Assembly (NCBI GenBank): GCA_023334545.1
Contig: JAADVB010000006.1
Location: forward strand, 108,051 to 172,050
Reading direction: 5' to 3'
Length of the DNA stretch: 64,000 bases
Source: Salisapilia sapeloensis CBS 127946
Taxonomy: Eukaryota; Protista; Oomycota
Every line of letters starts with the position of its first letter. The first letter of the stretch is position 1. Under the pieces are notes generated by a model, which saw nothing but the letters and a program-made list of their open reading frames with translations, did no database searches and had not been told where the DNA came from. This document shows, one piece after another, positions 36,904-47,389 of the stretch. The translations under genes were made by a program, and so were the position numbers.

Positions 36904-37464
36904 TCACGATAGAGTAGGCGTATCTTCTGTTGTTCTTGGGTCTACGACATACATGGGTCCCAACCAAGTACAATCGTGTGACATGATTATTACCCAGTAA
37001 TGCGAACCTCTGTTCGGTTTGAATGCAACACCCATGTGGTCCAATCTATCATCAAGAATGTGTCTAGACTCTTTGAACCAGTTGAAAGTTTGATCTCGAC
37101 ATTCCTTTCTTTCCAAAGTATCCCGTTTTCCTTTGCATGGGACACGGACTTGGTATTGGTAAGTCAGTTTGCACGAGTGGTAACTATGTATCGCCAAGCG
37201 ATCACGGGCACTCTTTTTTGCAGGCTGTAGACTCTTGTTTTTAGACGCATCAATCACTGTATCATTAGCGGCGGCAAAATGTGCTTCGTCCGTGCGCAGT
37301 GACTCCACATTGTTTGAAATTCGATAGTTGTTGATTCGATGGTACATGTCTTCGACAGGAAGATCCCGCACAATGTATGGGGGAGGTGTGGCTCTGCAGA
37401 TAGATAGGCATGTAATCAAGGTAGCTGCCATGAGAGAAAGGCGAAGTAGGCGAAAGCAAGTCAT
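36904..37464 (-). CDS. Secreted CAP/SCP-like domain protein
   Basis: Hydrophobic signal peptide MTCFRLLRLSLMAATLITCLSICRA; MYHRINNYR..SLRTD helix and NWFKESRHILDDRLDHMGVAF..YWVIIM pattern resemble the CAP fold. Confidence 0.65.
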   Translation of the reverse strand: MTCFRLLRLSLMAATLITCLSICRATPPPYIVRDLPVEDMYHRINNYRISNNVESLRTDEAHFAAANDTVIDASKNKSLQPAKKSARDRLAIHSYHSCKLTYQYQVRVPCKGKRDTLERKECRDQTFNWFKESRHILDDRLDHMGVAFKPNRGSHYWVIIMSHDCTWLGPMYVVDPRTTEDTPTLS

Positions 37465-37699
37465 TTCACAAGTAAATGCTACTGCTGAGTAGAAGAATGT
37501 GCGTGTAGTCGTTCAACTTCCTTGGGACTAGCGGACAAGGTCGAGAATGCAGAAAGAACAAAGTAGAGCATTGCGATGTCGAACTCGACCTCGGATTACC
37601 ACGTGACTTGTTTTATATAGCTCGCCATTGGGTATACCTTCTATTCGAAAGATTCTTTGATATATTTTTAGTGGAGCCATTACATTACTTTTTTGTAGT

Positions 37700-39354
37700 A
37701 ATCTAGGTTCTATTCATGAAGTGAATCAGCTTTCCATCGATGTCACTATGCACAGAAAGCTTGGATATTTAGCCCGACAGAGTACATCATTACAACGATC
37801 ATAGAGCACAATCAGGCTGTGTCCGCGCGGAATGTCGATTCGGCAAATTTAAAGATTCACTTTTTGGAAGTCTGTTTATCATAATCAAATCGGGCAAATC
37901 CACGTTCGTTAAAACTTGTCAATTGTATTTTACCACTTGCCGTTGGAAACCCAACGAAACACTCCAATACAACTTTCCCTTCTAAAAGAAATACATAAGC
38001 GAGTGTTCTGTACTGCCGATGAAGATGTGGCTTTATTTTCTTGGTATATCTTTTTTTTCGTCTTTGATACAATGAGGCGGAAACCATCTTCGAGAAGATT
38101 TCCAGTCACGCCTGGTGCTCGAAATTTGCAGATTTGAAAAAGTGCGCGAAAGACTTGGAGAGCTCTTCGCTTTACTTGCGCTATTGAGCTCTTCGATATT
38201 ATTTCGGAACATACATAGTACAGTGTTAGACGAAATAATCCAGCGATATATGTGACTCACACTGTACGCCGTCCCAGTAAAGTAGCAAAGAGCTCAATAG
38301 CGCAAGTAAATCGAATGACACTTCAACCTGGACTTCCGACAATCAACTACGATACGCTCGACATTATGCCCCACGGAACCATGACAGAGGAATGGAAAGG
38401 TGAATAGTGATGTAGGAGTAGGAAGAAGCGGCAAAGACTCAGGCATTGATTCCTATTACAATTTTTACATGTTTTTTCATAACGCCTAATGTTCCTTTCT
38501 TAATACCCGATTATCCGTAAAACGAACGCAGCCTTAGTCATACAAGCACTTTGAAGCTTTAACCTGAGTTGAGATACTCTCGCTATGCTTAGGATGAAAC
38601 TGTACGCTCGAAGTTTCCACGTTGCAGACCAGATTTCCAAACTTGGAGCGCGCAAACACGCTCCAGCAAAGACTAGATGGGAGAAGAGTTTTCGTCATCT
38701 ATCTGACGCTAGCAACTCCTAGTAGAGTCTTATTCTATTGCGTGTATATCGTCGACCATGAAATGCAATGCTAAAACTCGTGATGCGCAACCCGATCCTC
38801 TGGAATTTTGACGTGAAAAGACCCTTCACAGCGCGGTGTCACGCATTGTTTAGGTGCAAACATGTTTATAACAAATCTAACAGTGTTCGCGTTCTCAAGT
38901 ACATGCATCCAAAGTCAATGTCAAAGCTATTCAGTCGTTTCAAAGCCAACATTTTCTCATGCAAAAGCTTTCGAGTCTACTAGATGAAAGCACCTCCTGT
39001 AGTTGGTAATCTATCTTAAGAAAACACGCGTGCTTGGACAATTTGTTTCTTACACAGTATTTTAACAGCGATTATCAGGCGCATGTCACGAAATCTTGAA
39101 CACGGACTACTCGCAGCACACGCTTCGTCATCACACCTCTAGCATCATGTCTCGATCGGATTGCTTCCATCTTGACGATAGTTTGCTCAATCCTACGCCA
39201 ACGCAGCGTCTCGTACGTTCTTGTGGAAACTAAGCACTTCAACTTGTCTGCTACAACAAACACACGCCGAAACACCCAAGTAGATTTCTACTCTTGACGT
39301 TTGTATACCACTGAAAGTACGCGTGCCTCTTCCCAGCGTACGAATATAGCTCAT
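37700..39354 (-). pseudogene. Possible decayed multi-exon gene of unknown identity
   Basis: Protein-like frames with scattered stops (LWMHVLENANTVRFVINMFAPKQCVTPRCEGSFHVKIPEDRVAHHEF*), apparent frameshift at a T8 run (38051-38058), candidate GT-AG introns. Confidence 0.3.
38166..38315. repeat. Inverted repeat: perfect 23-bp arms (38171-38193, 38288-38310), 94-bp spacer with internal 9-bp inverted repeats
   Basis: tttacttgcgctattgagctctt is the exact reverse complement of aagagctcaatagcgcaagtaaa; extends 5 bp with one mismatch. Confidence 0.85.
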
Positions 39355-39409
39355 AATCGCATTTGCTTCCTCCAGCACAAGTTGCTTCCTTCTACCGTAT
39401 ACCAAAACC

Positions 39410-41026
39410 ATGGCGCCAACGAACCGCATTCAACAGCTCGATGCACACCTCCAGCAGCGTGTGCATGAAGAAACGAGCTTCAAACAGCGTGTCCAGGAGA
39501 CGCAAGCGTTCCTGAACGATTCGCGTTTCCAGCACGTGACCCGCCCGTATGGCGCGGAAGATGTCGTCAAGCTCCAAGGTACTGTGACTGGCGCATCGCC
39601 AGCTAGTTGCCAACAAGCTCGCAAGCTCTATAAGATGCTACGGGAGCTACAGTCGCAAGGCAAGTGCAGTCACACGTTTGGTGCATTGGATCCGATCCAG
39701 GTGACGCAAATGGCCGAGAGCTTGTCAACGGTCTACGTGAGTGGATGGCAGTCGTCGTCTACGGCCGCAACTTCGAATGAACCAGGCCCAGACGTTGCAG
39801 ACTACCCGTACGACACGGTGCCAAACAAGGTGGACCAGCTTTTCCGTGCGCAGCTCTTCCACGACCGGAAGCAGTATGAAGCTCGTCGACGTATGACTGC
39901 GGACCAGCGCAAGCATACGCCTGCGGTGGATTACTTGCGTCCGATTATCGCGGATGCCGATACGGGCCACGGTGGTCTGACGGCCGTGATGAAACTCACG
40001 AAGATGTTTATTGAGCGCGGTGCGGCAGGTATTCACATTGAAGACCAGAAGCCTGGTACGAAGAAGTGTGGTCATTTGGGCGGCAAGGTTCTCGTGTCCA
40101 CGCAGGAGCACATCCAGCGTCTCATTGCCGCTCGTCTGCAGGCTGATGTCATGGGCTCCCCGTTGGTGCTCGTTGCGCGTACGGATGCGGAGGCTGCGAC
40201 GTTTTTGGACAACAACATTGACGGCCGAGACCATCCGTTCATCCTTGGTGCGACCAACCTGAATGTCGAACCCTACTGCGACTCGTCTGTGTCTCGCAGC
40301 AGTGACGACTGGGATGACCGTGCGAAGTGCATGACGTACCCGGAGGCTGTGCGTGCGAAATTGAGCAAGTCGAACCGCAATGACAAGAAGGAAGCGCTGC
40401 ACAAGTGGAACTCGCAGTGCATGAGCTTGAACATCCATGAGATGAAGGCTCTGTCGAAGAAGCTGGGCGCTGAAGTACCGTTCGATTGGGAACTCGCGCG
40501 TACGGTGGAAGGATACTACCGTATTCGCAACGGTGTCGACTTCTGTATCGCTCGTGGCCAAGCTTACGGCAAGTACGCCGACATGATTTGGATGGAAACT
40601 GCTAAGCCTGGCGTTCCGTTAGCGCGTACGTTTGCTGACGGTGTCAAGTCCGCTCTGCCGCATCAGATGCTGGCGTACAACCTATCTCCGTCGTTCAATT
40701 GGGACGCAGCGGATATGAGCGACCAGGAGATTCGTACGTTTATCGATGATCTCGGTCGAATGGGCTACTGCTGGCAGTTCATCACGCTCGCTGGCTTCCA
40801 CAGCGATTCCCTCGGCATCACGCGCTTCGCTCGTGATTATGCGGACCGGAAGATGCTGGCGTACGTGGAAACTATTCAGCGTGCGGAACGAAAGGACAAT
40901 GTCGAGACGCTCAAGCACCAAGGATGGTCTGGCACGGAGTACGTGGATGCGATGCAGAATACGGTAACGAGCGGTCTATCGTCGACGAATACGATGGGCA
41001 ACGGTGTGACTGAGAGTCAATTCTAA
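39410..41026 (+). CDS. ICL1: Isocitrate lyase (long eukaryotic type), intronless, with N-terminal PTS2-like nonapeptide
   Basis: [28 protein letters not shown] catalytic loop, [37 protein letters not shown]; ends TESQF. Confidence 0.97.
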   Translation: MAPTNRIQQLDAHLQQRVHEETSFKQRVQETQAFLNDSRFQHVTRPYGAEDVVKLQGTVTGASPASCQQARKLYKMLRELQSQGKCSHTFGALDPIQVTQMAESLSTVYVSGWQSSSTAATSNEPGPDVADYPYDTVPNKVDQLFRAQLFHDRKQYEARRRMTADQRKHTPAVDYLRPIIADADTGHGGLTAVMKLTKMFIERGAAGIHIEDQKPGTKKCGHLGGKVLVSTQEHIQRLIAARLQADVMGSPLVLVARTDAEAATFLDNNIDGRDHPFILGATNLNVEPYCDSSVSRSSDDWDDRAKCMTYPEAVRAKLSKSNRNDKKEALHKWNSQCMSLNIHEMKALSKKLGAEVPFDWELARTVEGYYRIRNGVDFCIARGQAYGKYADMIWMETAKPGVPLARTFADGVKSALPHQMLAYNLSPSFNWDAADMSDQEIRTFIDDLGRMGYCWQFITLAGFHSDSLGITRFARDYADRKMLAYVETIQRAERKDNVETLKHQGWSGTEYVDAMQNTVTSGLSSTNTMGNGVTESQF

Positions 41027-41096
41027 AGAGTAGAAAACAATACATGCCGTTACTTTGAAAAAAAGAGAGATGGGAGTCTATGACAGATTAGCAAAG

Positions 41097-41768
41097 CTAC
41101 AAGAGTCCGCAGTCGGTGATCTTGATATCGGTCAATGGTTTGCCTCGAACGCAGTAGACGGCTTCAGCAGCCTTCAGCACGTCCTGTCCTTCAACGATCT
41201 TTCCAAAGGCGACGTTGCGGCCATTTAAATGTGGCAAAGGTGCCAACGAGATGAAGAATTGGGATGCGTTGCGATCCACGCCTTCGTTGGCCATGCCGAC
41301 GACACCTGGCTCGGAGAATTGGAGGCAAAAGTTTTCGTCGTCAAAGAACCGTTCGTTTTCTTCCAATGCCGCATGTCCACCCGTTCCATCGCCATGGAGA
41401 ACGTCACCGCCCATGAGGTAAGCACCTTTGCGGACCTGATGAAAGTGCGAGTCCTTGTACGAACCTTGTCCTAGAGGAGACTTGAAACCTTCTGCACAGA
41501 GCTTGGTAAAGTTCTCAACAGTCTTAGGTACAACGTCCTGTGCGAGTTCTAAGACGAGTCGCTCGGCATTCGCACCGCCGATGCTCACATCGAGATACGC
41601 TCGCGGACGAGCAGATGCGGGCTCCGGTACGACACTGTCATAGGCTGCAGGAGCACTTTCAGGTGCATTCATCTTCTTCAAAGAGCGATGGAACCATCCC
41701 CATCCGCGAGCACCACCTCGCGTAAAGGTAGATGCACCCTGAAGTACTTGCGTTCGTAGCAAAGTCAT
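41097..41768 (-). CDS. Cyclophilin-fold protein with degenerate active site and probable mitochondrial presequence
   Basis: AYLDVSIGG..RLVLEL..VPKTVENF..LC, GGD..GDGTGG, FDDENF, VGMAN..NASQFFI, AFGKIVEG; Arg-rich acid-free N-terminus MTLLRTQVLQGASTFTRGGARGWGWFHRSLKK. Confidence 0.9.
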   Translation of the reverse strand: MTLLRTQVLQGASTFTRGGARGWGWFHRSLKKMNAPESAPAAYDSVVPEPASARPRAYLDVSIGGANAERLVLELAQDVVPKTVENFTKLCAEGFKSPLGQGSYKDSHFHQVRKGAYLMGGDVLHGDGTGGHAALEENERFFDDENFCLQFSEPGVVGMANEGVDRNASQFFISLAPLPHLNGRNVAFGKIVEGQDVLKAAEAVYCVRGKPLTDIKITDCGLL

Positions 41769-41871
41769 TTGGATGGTTATTGGATGTTTGGTGGGTATTG
41801 CATCGTACTTAGTGAAAATCGTACTTTGTTGGAGAAACGACCTTGAAGAAGAGGATACGAGAAGGTCAGGG

Positions 41872-43181
41872 ATGGCGACCAAGTGGATGGTGGCTTTGGC
41901 CATGGGCGTGACACTCATCATGCTTTTAATTCAGATCATGGCAATGTATTTAGGTTTCTCGATTCTGTTGGATACAAAGTTGAAAGGACAGGAGGAGAAG
42001 AGTTTGGTGTTTCGTGGGGAGATACAACCTCTGCCGATTGTAATGATGCATGGCATGGGCGATGCTGCAGGACACTCTGGCATGCGAGCGATACAAAAGG
42101 TATGGTTGTAAATGTCGTGTATAGATGAAGCGAGTATATTGACGTTGCTGATGTAGGCAGTTGCCGAGAAGATGGGTACATATGTAGCGAGTATCCAAAT
42201 TGGCGCTTCCGTGGAAGAGGATGTCCGAAATAGTTTCCTACTGACCATGGATGATCAGCTATCTGTCTTTGCTCAAAAGATTAAAGACGTCTCTCTTCTA
42301 CTTTAATTTGTTATTAGATCAATTACTTAGTGTATTGAGCTGCATAGGATCCAAAGCTCGCGAACGGCTTCAATGCGGTGGGATTCTCACAGGTATGTTT
42401 TCTCTTCATCGTCGTCATGCGGTATTGATGGACGTAAATCAGGGTAACTTGCTTATCCGAGGGTACATTGAACGTCATAATGACCCACCCATCCGTGCAT
42501 TTGTGTCCTTTCATGGACCGCTGGCTGGCGTCGGTGCTCTTCCGCAATGTGCACCCACTGCATTCATTTGCAAGGAAGTGAATCGCGTAGGATCATTTCG
42601 ATGCTTCCGTAGTAATCTGGCGTCTCATTCGAATGTCTAGTTGATAGGGAATGCAGTCTACAACGACCAAGTGCAGAGTATCTATTTCTCTCTCTACTTG
42701 CCTCTCGGACGTAAAGTTACCTCTGGATAGGTCACATCGCGCAGGCAAATTACTTTCGAGACCCTCTACGCATCCAGGAATACTTGAAGCATGGTACTTT
42801 ATACTGCATCCAATGCTTCTGCACTCTACTGATACATGCAAAGACAAATTCTTGGTGGACATTAACAATGAGCTCCCTACCACGAATGCGACATATGCAA
42901 ACAACTTTGCGAGCTTAGATAAACTCGTTCTTGTACGTGCGATGAAAGATACGCAGGTGTTTCCCTCGGAATCCGAATGGTTCGGCGCTTACCAAGATGG
43001 CTCGTACGATCATGTGACGAGTTTCAACGAAACGCCATGGTATCTCTACAATTCTTTTGGATTGAAAACGCTTCATCTAGCAAACAAGATCGAATTTCTT
43101 ACGACACCTGGAAACCATCTCCAATTCTCGCTCGACTTTCTCCTGAAGACGCTTGCCAATGCTTTTGTATCGTTGAAATAA
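41872..43181 (+). CDS. PPT1: Palmitoyl-protein thioesterase 1 (lysosomal type), multi-exon
   Basis: Signal/TM segment; PIVMMHGMGD; spliced GFNAVGFSQ|GNLLIRGYIER (catalytic Ser); FVSFHGPLAGV; FLVDINNE; DTQVFPSESEWFG; GNHLQF. Confidence 0.92.
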
Positions 43182-43430
43182 ATCCAAAGAGCGGGAGGAT
43201 GGCGTCAGTCTCTCCCCACTTTACCCACTTCTACATTTTTCATCCGACCACCTTCTCTCCCATTTGAACGTTCCTGAAGATACTTCGCGTCGATCTCAAT
43301 CAGATCAGCGGCAAAAGGTATCTCGAAAGGGTGGAAGGATTCTTTTCGTTCGAAGCTTAGTTCGAGCAGTCGTGTGCTCAGAACGTGTTTTACAGTCGTT
43401 CTGCTACGTCGCCATCCGGTTAAAATCCTG

Positions 43431-45135
43431 ATGGACGCCAGCACGAAGCGCAAGTTCCAGCGCTCGCCTCGACTAGTCTCTCCCGGAGCTATTATCGGCA
43501 AGACCAAGATCCGGCGTCGGAACTCCCTCGAGGATGCGCGCTATCTCCGATCGAGCGGGAGCAGTCGAGCGACTCTGCCGAAAGCATCGTCACCAATTCA
43601 CGTCCGACGTTGTCACTCGGATGGCCGAATCAGGTACATCCCCTCTCTAGATTATCTTCGTCCACGATGGACGGGATAAGACTCCATCCTAGCTGTTAGA
43701 GGAGCAGCGAAACGGCTGCTCCTCGGTTTCTGTTTTACTGCATGCCGTTAATTTCCATCTGCATGCTCTTCACGTGTCTTCACTCACACCTTTGCTGTTG
43801 CAGATTGAGAGGGAGAGCCACAGACGTGCGACGGCCGAAAGCAGTGACATTTTACCACAAGACACCGATGGTCTCGACCAAATTGTCCCACGAAATCTCC
43901 ATCTCGACCACGACAGGTAGATCGCTCGTAGTAATCTTGAACGGTTGTGTCGCTTCATGTTCCTTTATCTTATGACATTTCTAGCAGACAGCATGCCACC
44001 TGTGTCAAGCACTCACAACATGGAGATATCCCCGTCTCCGGACAAGACCGTATGTGCTCCTATTACGAATCATTTAGAGAGCGAACAAGAGCCACCAACG
44101 ACACCGAGTCGAACAGCATCCATGCCGACGCTTGCTCTCGACGTCATCCCTCCGCCCGACCAGTCTCCACGACGCCGAAGTAGCTCGGCGTCCAAATGCA
44201 GCATCCAGCTCAACAGCACACATCGTAGCCGGAATCCAGGCAACCTGTCGCTCGATCTATCGCAAGTCGAGACACCGTCCATCCAAAGCTTTAGCTGCTC
44301 CGGCCCCCGACATCGACGAGAGCAAGTAGCACAGTGTTCTAAAATCACGGACTTTTTATTTGTTGGTGGCGTCGCTGTGGCGAAAGATAAGCAAGCGCTT
44401 CGGCAACAACGCATCACACACATTGTGAATTGCGCTGCTAAATCCGCGACGAACCATTTCCCAGATACCTTTCACTATTATGACATCCATCTACATGACC
44501 ATGCGTCCGAAGACCTTGCTTGCCACTTTTACCATTTCTTTGACTATGTGGAGAACGTGCGGCGTAGTGGTGGCAAAGTCTTTGTCCATTGTGTTAAAGG
44601 TATCTCGAGATCACCGACCATGGCCATCGCCTACTTGATGTGGCATAAACGTCTCGGGATGTACAGTGCCTTGGATTTCATTCGTCAGGCGAGACCGGTC
44701 GTAAGTCCCAACGCTGGCTTCATCTTCCAGTTGACAGAGTGGGAGCACCTGCACCTACGTACTCGTCGCTTGCAAAAGGCTGTCGTCTTCCGGGTGGAGG
44801 CGCCAGGTGAAGACGAGAGACATGGAGAGAGAACTCGTCCGTTGATAGTCGGACCGCTCGGAAATACATGCGAACAAGAGTTTCGAGCACCTAGTAAAAA
44901 GATGCATCAAGAAGCTTTCATACTCGTTAATGCCGGCCGCATGTTCTTATGGTGTGGCCTTGGCGCTAGTGCGAGCTTGATTAAAACCGCAGACTACGGT
45001 GCTGGATTATTGCAAAAGTACGAGTCTATGCCGGAGAAGGAGGGCATTGTTTGGGAAGGACGAGAGCCAGATGAGTTTTGGCAACTCGTACAAACGATCC
45101 AATCGGAAGGATATGCGCGTAGTGATGGAGTGTAG
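43431..45135 (+). CDS. Dual-specificity MAPK-phosphatase-like protein with C-terminal gelsolin-like domain; introns ~43633-43803 and ~43917-43985
   Basis: CSKITDFLFVGG, ITHIVNC, VFVHCVKGISRSPTMAIAYLM (HCxxGxxRS), VSPNAGFIFQL; C-terminal FILVNAGRMFLWCG..VWEGREPDEFW. Confidence 0.9.
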
Positions 45136-45204
45136 CTACGAGATTGAAATATCCTATTCTACTTTAAAACTACAACCCGTGATTCGAATGAATGAGATCG
45201 TTAA

Positions 45205-45969
45205 CTATACTTGTGTTGATTCATGTGTATCTGATTCCGAGTCTACGACTTCTCTTTGAAAGTTGGCGAGCGCAATTTCATGTCGACGCTTTGCCTCTCT
45301 CTCCGTTTCTTTAGTCGTGAGTCGAGTATCCGTATGCTGCATGGAAATGGACTCTATCGTACCGTCGTTTTGTCCATCGGACTCTGGCGACACTGTTTCC
45401 TTCAGTTTAGTTACAAATGACTTGGGCGTGGATGGTGCAGCGACATCAGTTGTTAGATCTTTTATCTTTTTCACTATCTGCCTGTTCGAGTTTTGCTTGG
45501 TGAGGGATCCGAATGATTGACGAGCACTACTTAGAAGTCTGCTCGTGCGATGAACGATTCGAAAGGAATTCCAATTACATTGTTCCTGTGACAACATTTT
45601 CGAGGATGAAGCACGATGTACCAGTCGACCGTTTGTTGATCCTCTTGTTGAGAGCTTACGAGATAAAGCCTGCACGGATGTGGTATGAGGTCGATCCGGA
45701 TTGTTTACGACTTTCCTGTTCTGAACAAGTGAAGCTTGCGTTCGTAATTGTTGCGAAGGAAGAGGTTTCTCAGGTCGACGAGGAAGTCCTGTACCTCGAG
45801 ATGACGGTGCTTTCGGTATAACTGTCGCTGCTTCACGTAATACCTTCTCGACTGCTTGTTCTTCTGGACTATTGACATCTGGACCACTCCATTTCCAAAG
45901 GTTGGCCCGTGGAAACCGAACGTGCCTGGCATTGGAAACCTGGCGTCGAGGTGAATTGTATTCACTCAT
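45205..45969 (-). CDS. Hypothetical basic disordered protein with N-terminal RVxF-type motif
   Basis: 254-codon ORF; NARHVRFP at residues 13-20; no other motif recognised. Confidence 0.65.
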   Translation of the reverse strand: MSEYNSPRRQVSNARHVRFPRANLWKWSGPDVNSPEEQAVEKVLREAATVIPKAPSSRGTGLPRRPEKPLPSQQLRTQASLVQNRKVVNNPDRPHTTSVQALSRKLSTRGSTNGRLVHRASSSKMLSQEQCNWNSFRIVHRTSRLLSSARQSFGSLTKQNSNRQIVKKIKDLTTDVAAPSTPKSFVTKLKETVSPESDGQNDGTIESISMQHTDTRLTTKETEREAKRRHEIALANFQREVVDSESDTHESTQV

Positions 45970-46170
45970 AAATCCTCTACAAGCACTCTGTACGTGTATA
46001 CGTCGTCAATCTACCTTGGGAACTTGTAGGAATCCACAAAGGCATAAGTAGTAACAAGTTGTAGGACGCGAACGAAACTATAAATAGATTCTATATCATC
46101 CTAGTAATATGTGGACCACAGTGTTTTCGGATACCACACCAAGGAGGGAGAAGGTCAGACATTAATACCA

Positions 46171-47241
46171 ATGGCGGACGGGAACGAGACCGCACTGCAG
46201 CAGGCTAGGACTTCCGGCGGAGGTCCCGATGAGTGGATCGAGAGCTTACGAGGCGGGAACGTGCTGTCTGAGCTCCAGCTTAAGCAAGTTTGCGAAATGG
46301 TCAAGCAATTGCTCATCGAAGAGTCGAATGTGCAGCCCGTGAGTTCACCTGTAACCGTTTGTGGTGACATTCACGGTCAATTCTTTGACCTTTTGGAGCT
46401 ATTCCGATGCGGTGGAGAACTTCCATCCACCAACTACGTGTTTATGGTATGCAAAGCATCTATTCCTTCTTCCTCGTCTCGACATAACATCAAATCGTAG
46501 GGAGACTTTGTCGATCGTGGCCACAACAGTGTCGAGACGTTCGAGATGCTGCTGTGTCTCAAGGCTAGGTATCCAGACCGTATTACCCTCCTTCGTGGCA
46601 ACCACGAATGTCGTCAAATTACCCAAGTCTATGGCTTTTATGAGGAATGTGTACGCAAGTATGGCAATGCCAACCCGTGGAAGTACTGCACGGATGTCTT
46701 TGACTACCTAAACTTGGCTGCCGTGATTGACGGTCGAGTGCTATGTGTCCACGGTGGTCTGTCGCCTGAATTGCGGTCGCTAGACCAAGTCCGGACGATC
46801 GAGCGGCAACAGGAGATTCCTCACGAGGGCTCCTTCTGCGACTTGATGTGGTCCGATCCGGAGGACATTGAGACGTGGGCTATGAGTCCTCGTGGTGCCG
46901 GCTACTTGTTCGGTTCCAAGGTCACGGAAGAGTTTAATCAGATCAACGGACTGGACTTGATCTGCCGTGCACACCAACTTGTGCAGGAAGGGTACAAGTA
47001 CATGTTCCCAGAGCAGAATTTAGTCACGGTCTGGTCTGCGCCAAACTACTGCTATCGTTGCGGCAATATTGCTGCGATTTTGTCTTTTGACGAGAACCTC
47101 GAGCGCGATTTCAAACTTTTCCGAGAGGTATGTTACTACTACTTCAATAAGCACGAAGAGCATGACTGACTAATATGGCATTAGGTACCGGAATCATCCG
47201 AGGCGTTGACACAGCGAGCGACAGTGCCCTACTTCCTGTAA
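46171..47241 (+). CDS. PPP6C: Ser/Thr protein phosphatase, PP6 (Sit4/Ppe1) catalytic subunit; introns ~46448-46500 and ~47129-47184
   Basis: [61 protein letters not shown]; C-terminal VPYFL. Confidence 0.92.
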
Positions 47242-47389
47242 ATAGCGTAGCATGTGAAACGATGGAGAACGGGCGGAGCTGTCTTGATAGACGGCTCAAG
47301 GTTCCTGCAAGCAAAAAGAGACTGTTTTGTAGGCTAATAAGCCTGTTGGCTTGAATGAGAAACGAAAAGAGATTTGCATCGTTGTTCGA

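Noticed and set aside
36904-37464. RxLR/CRN effector
   Set aside because: No RxLR-dEER or LxLFLAK after the signal peptide.
39725-40561. 278-aa antisense ORF inside isocitrate lyase
   Set aside because: Shadow ORF of a strongly codon-biased gene; no motifs.
12068-43181. Functional link between the two depalmitoylases (ABHD17 and PPT1)
   Set aside because: About 29 kb apart, different compartments, no shared motif.
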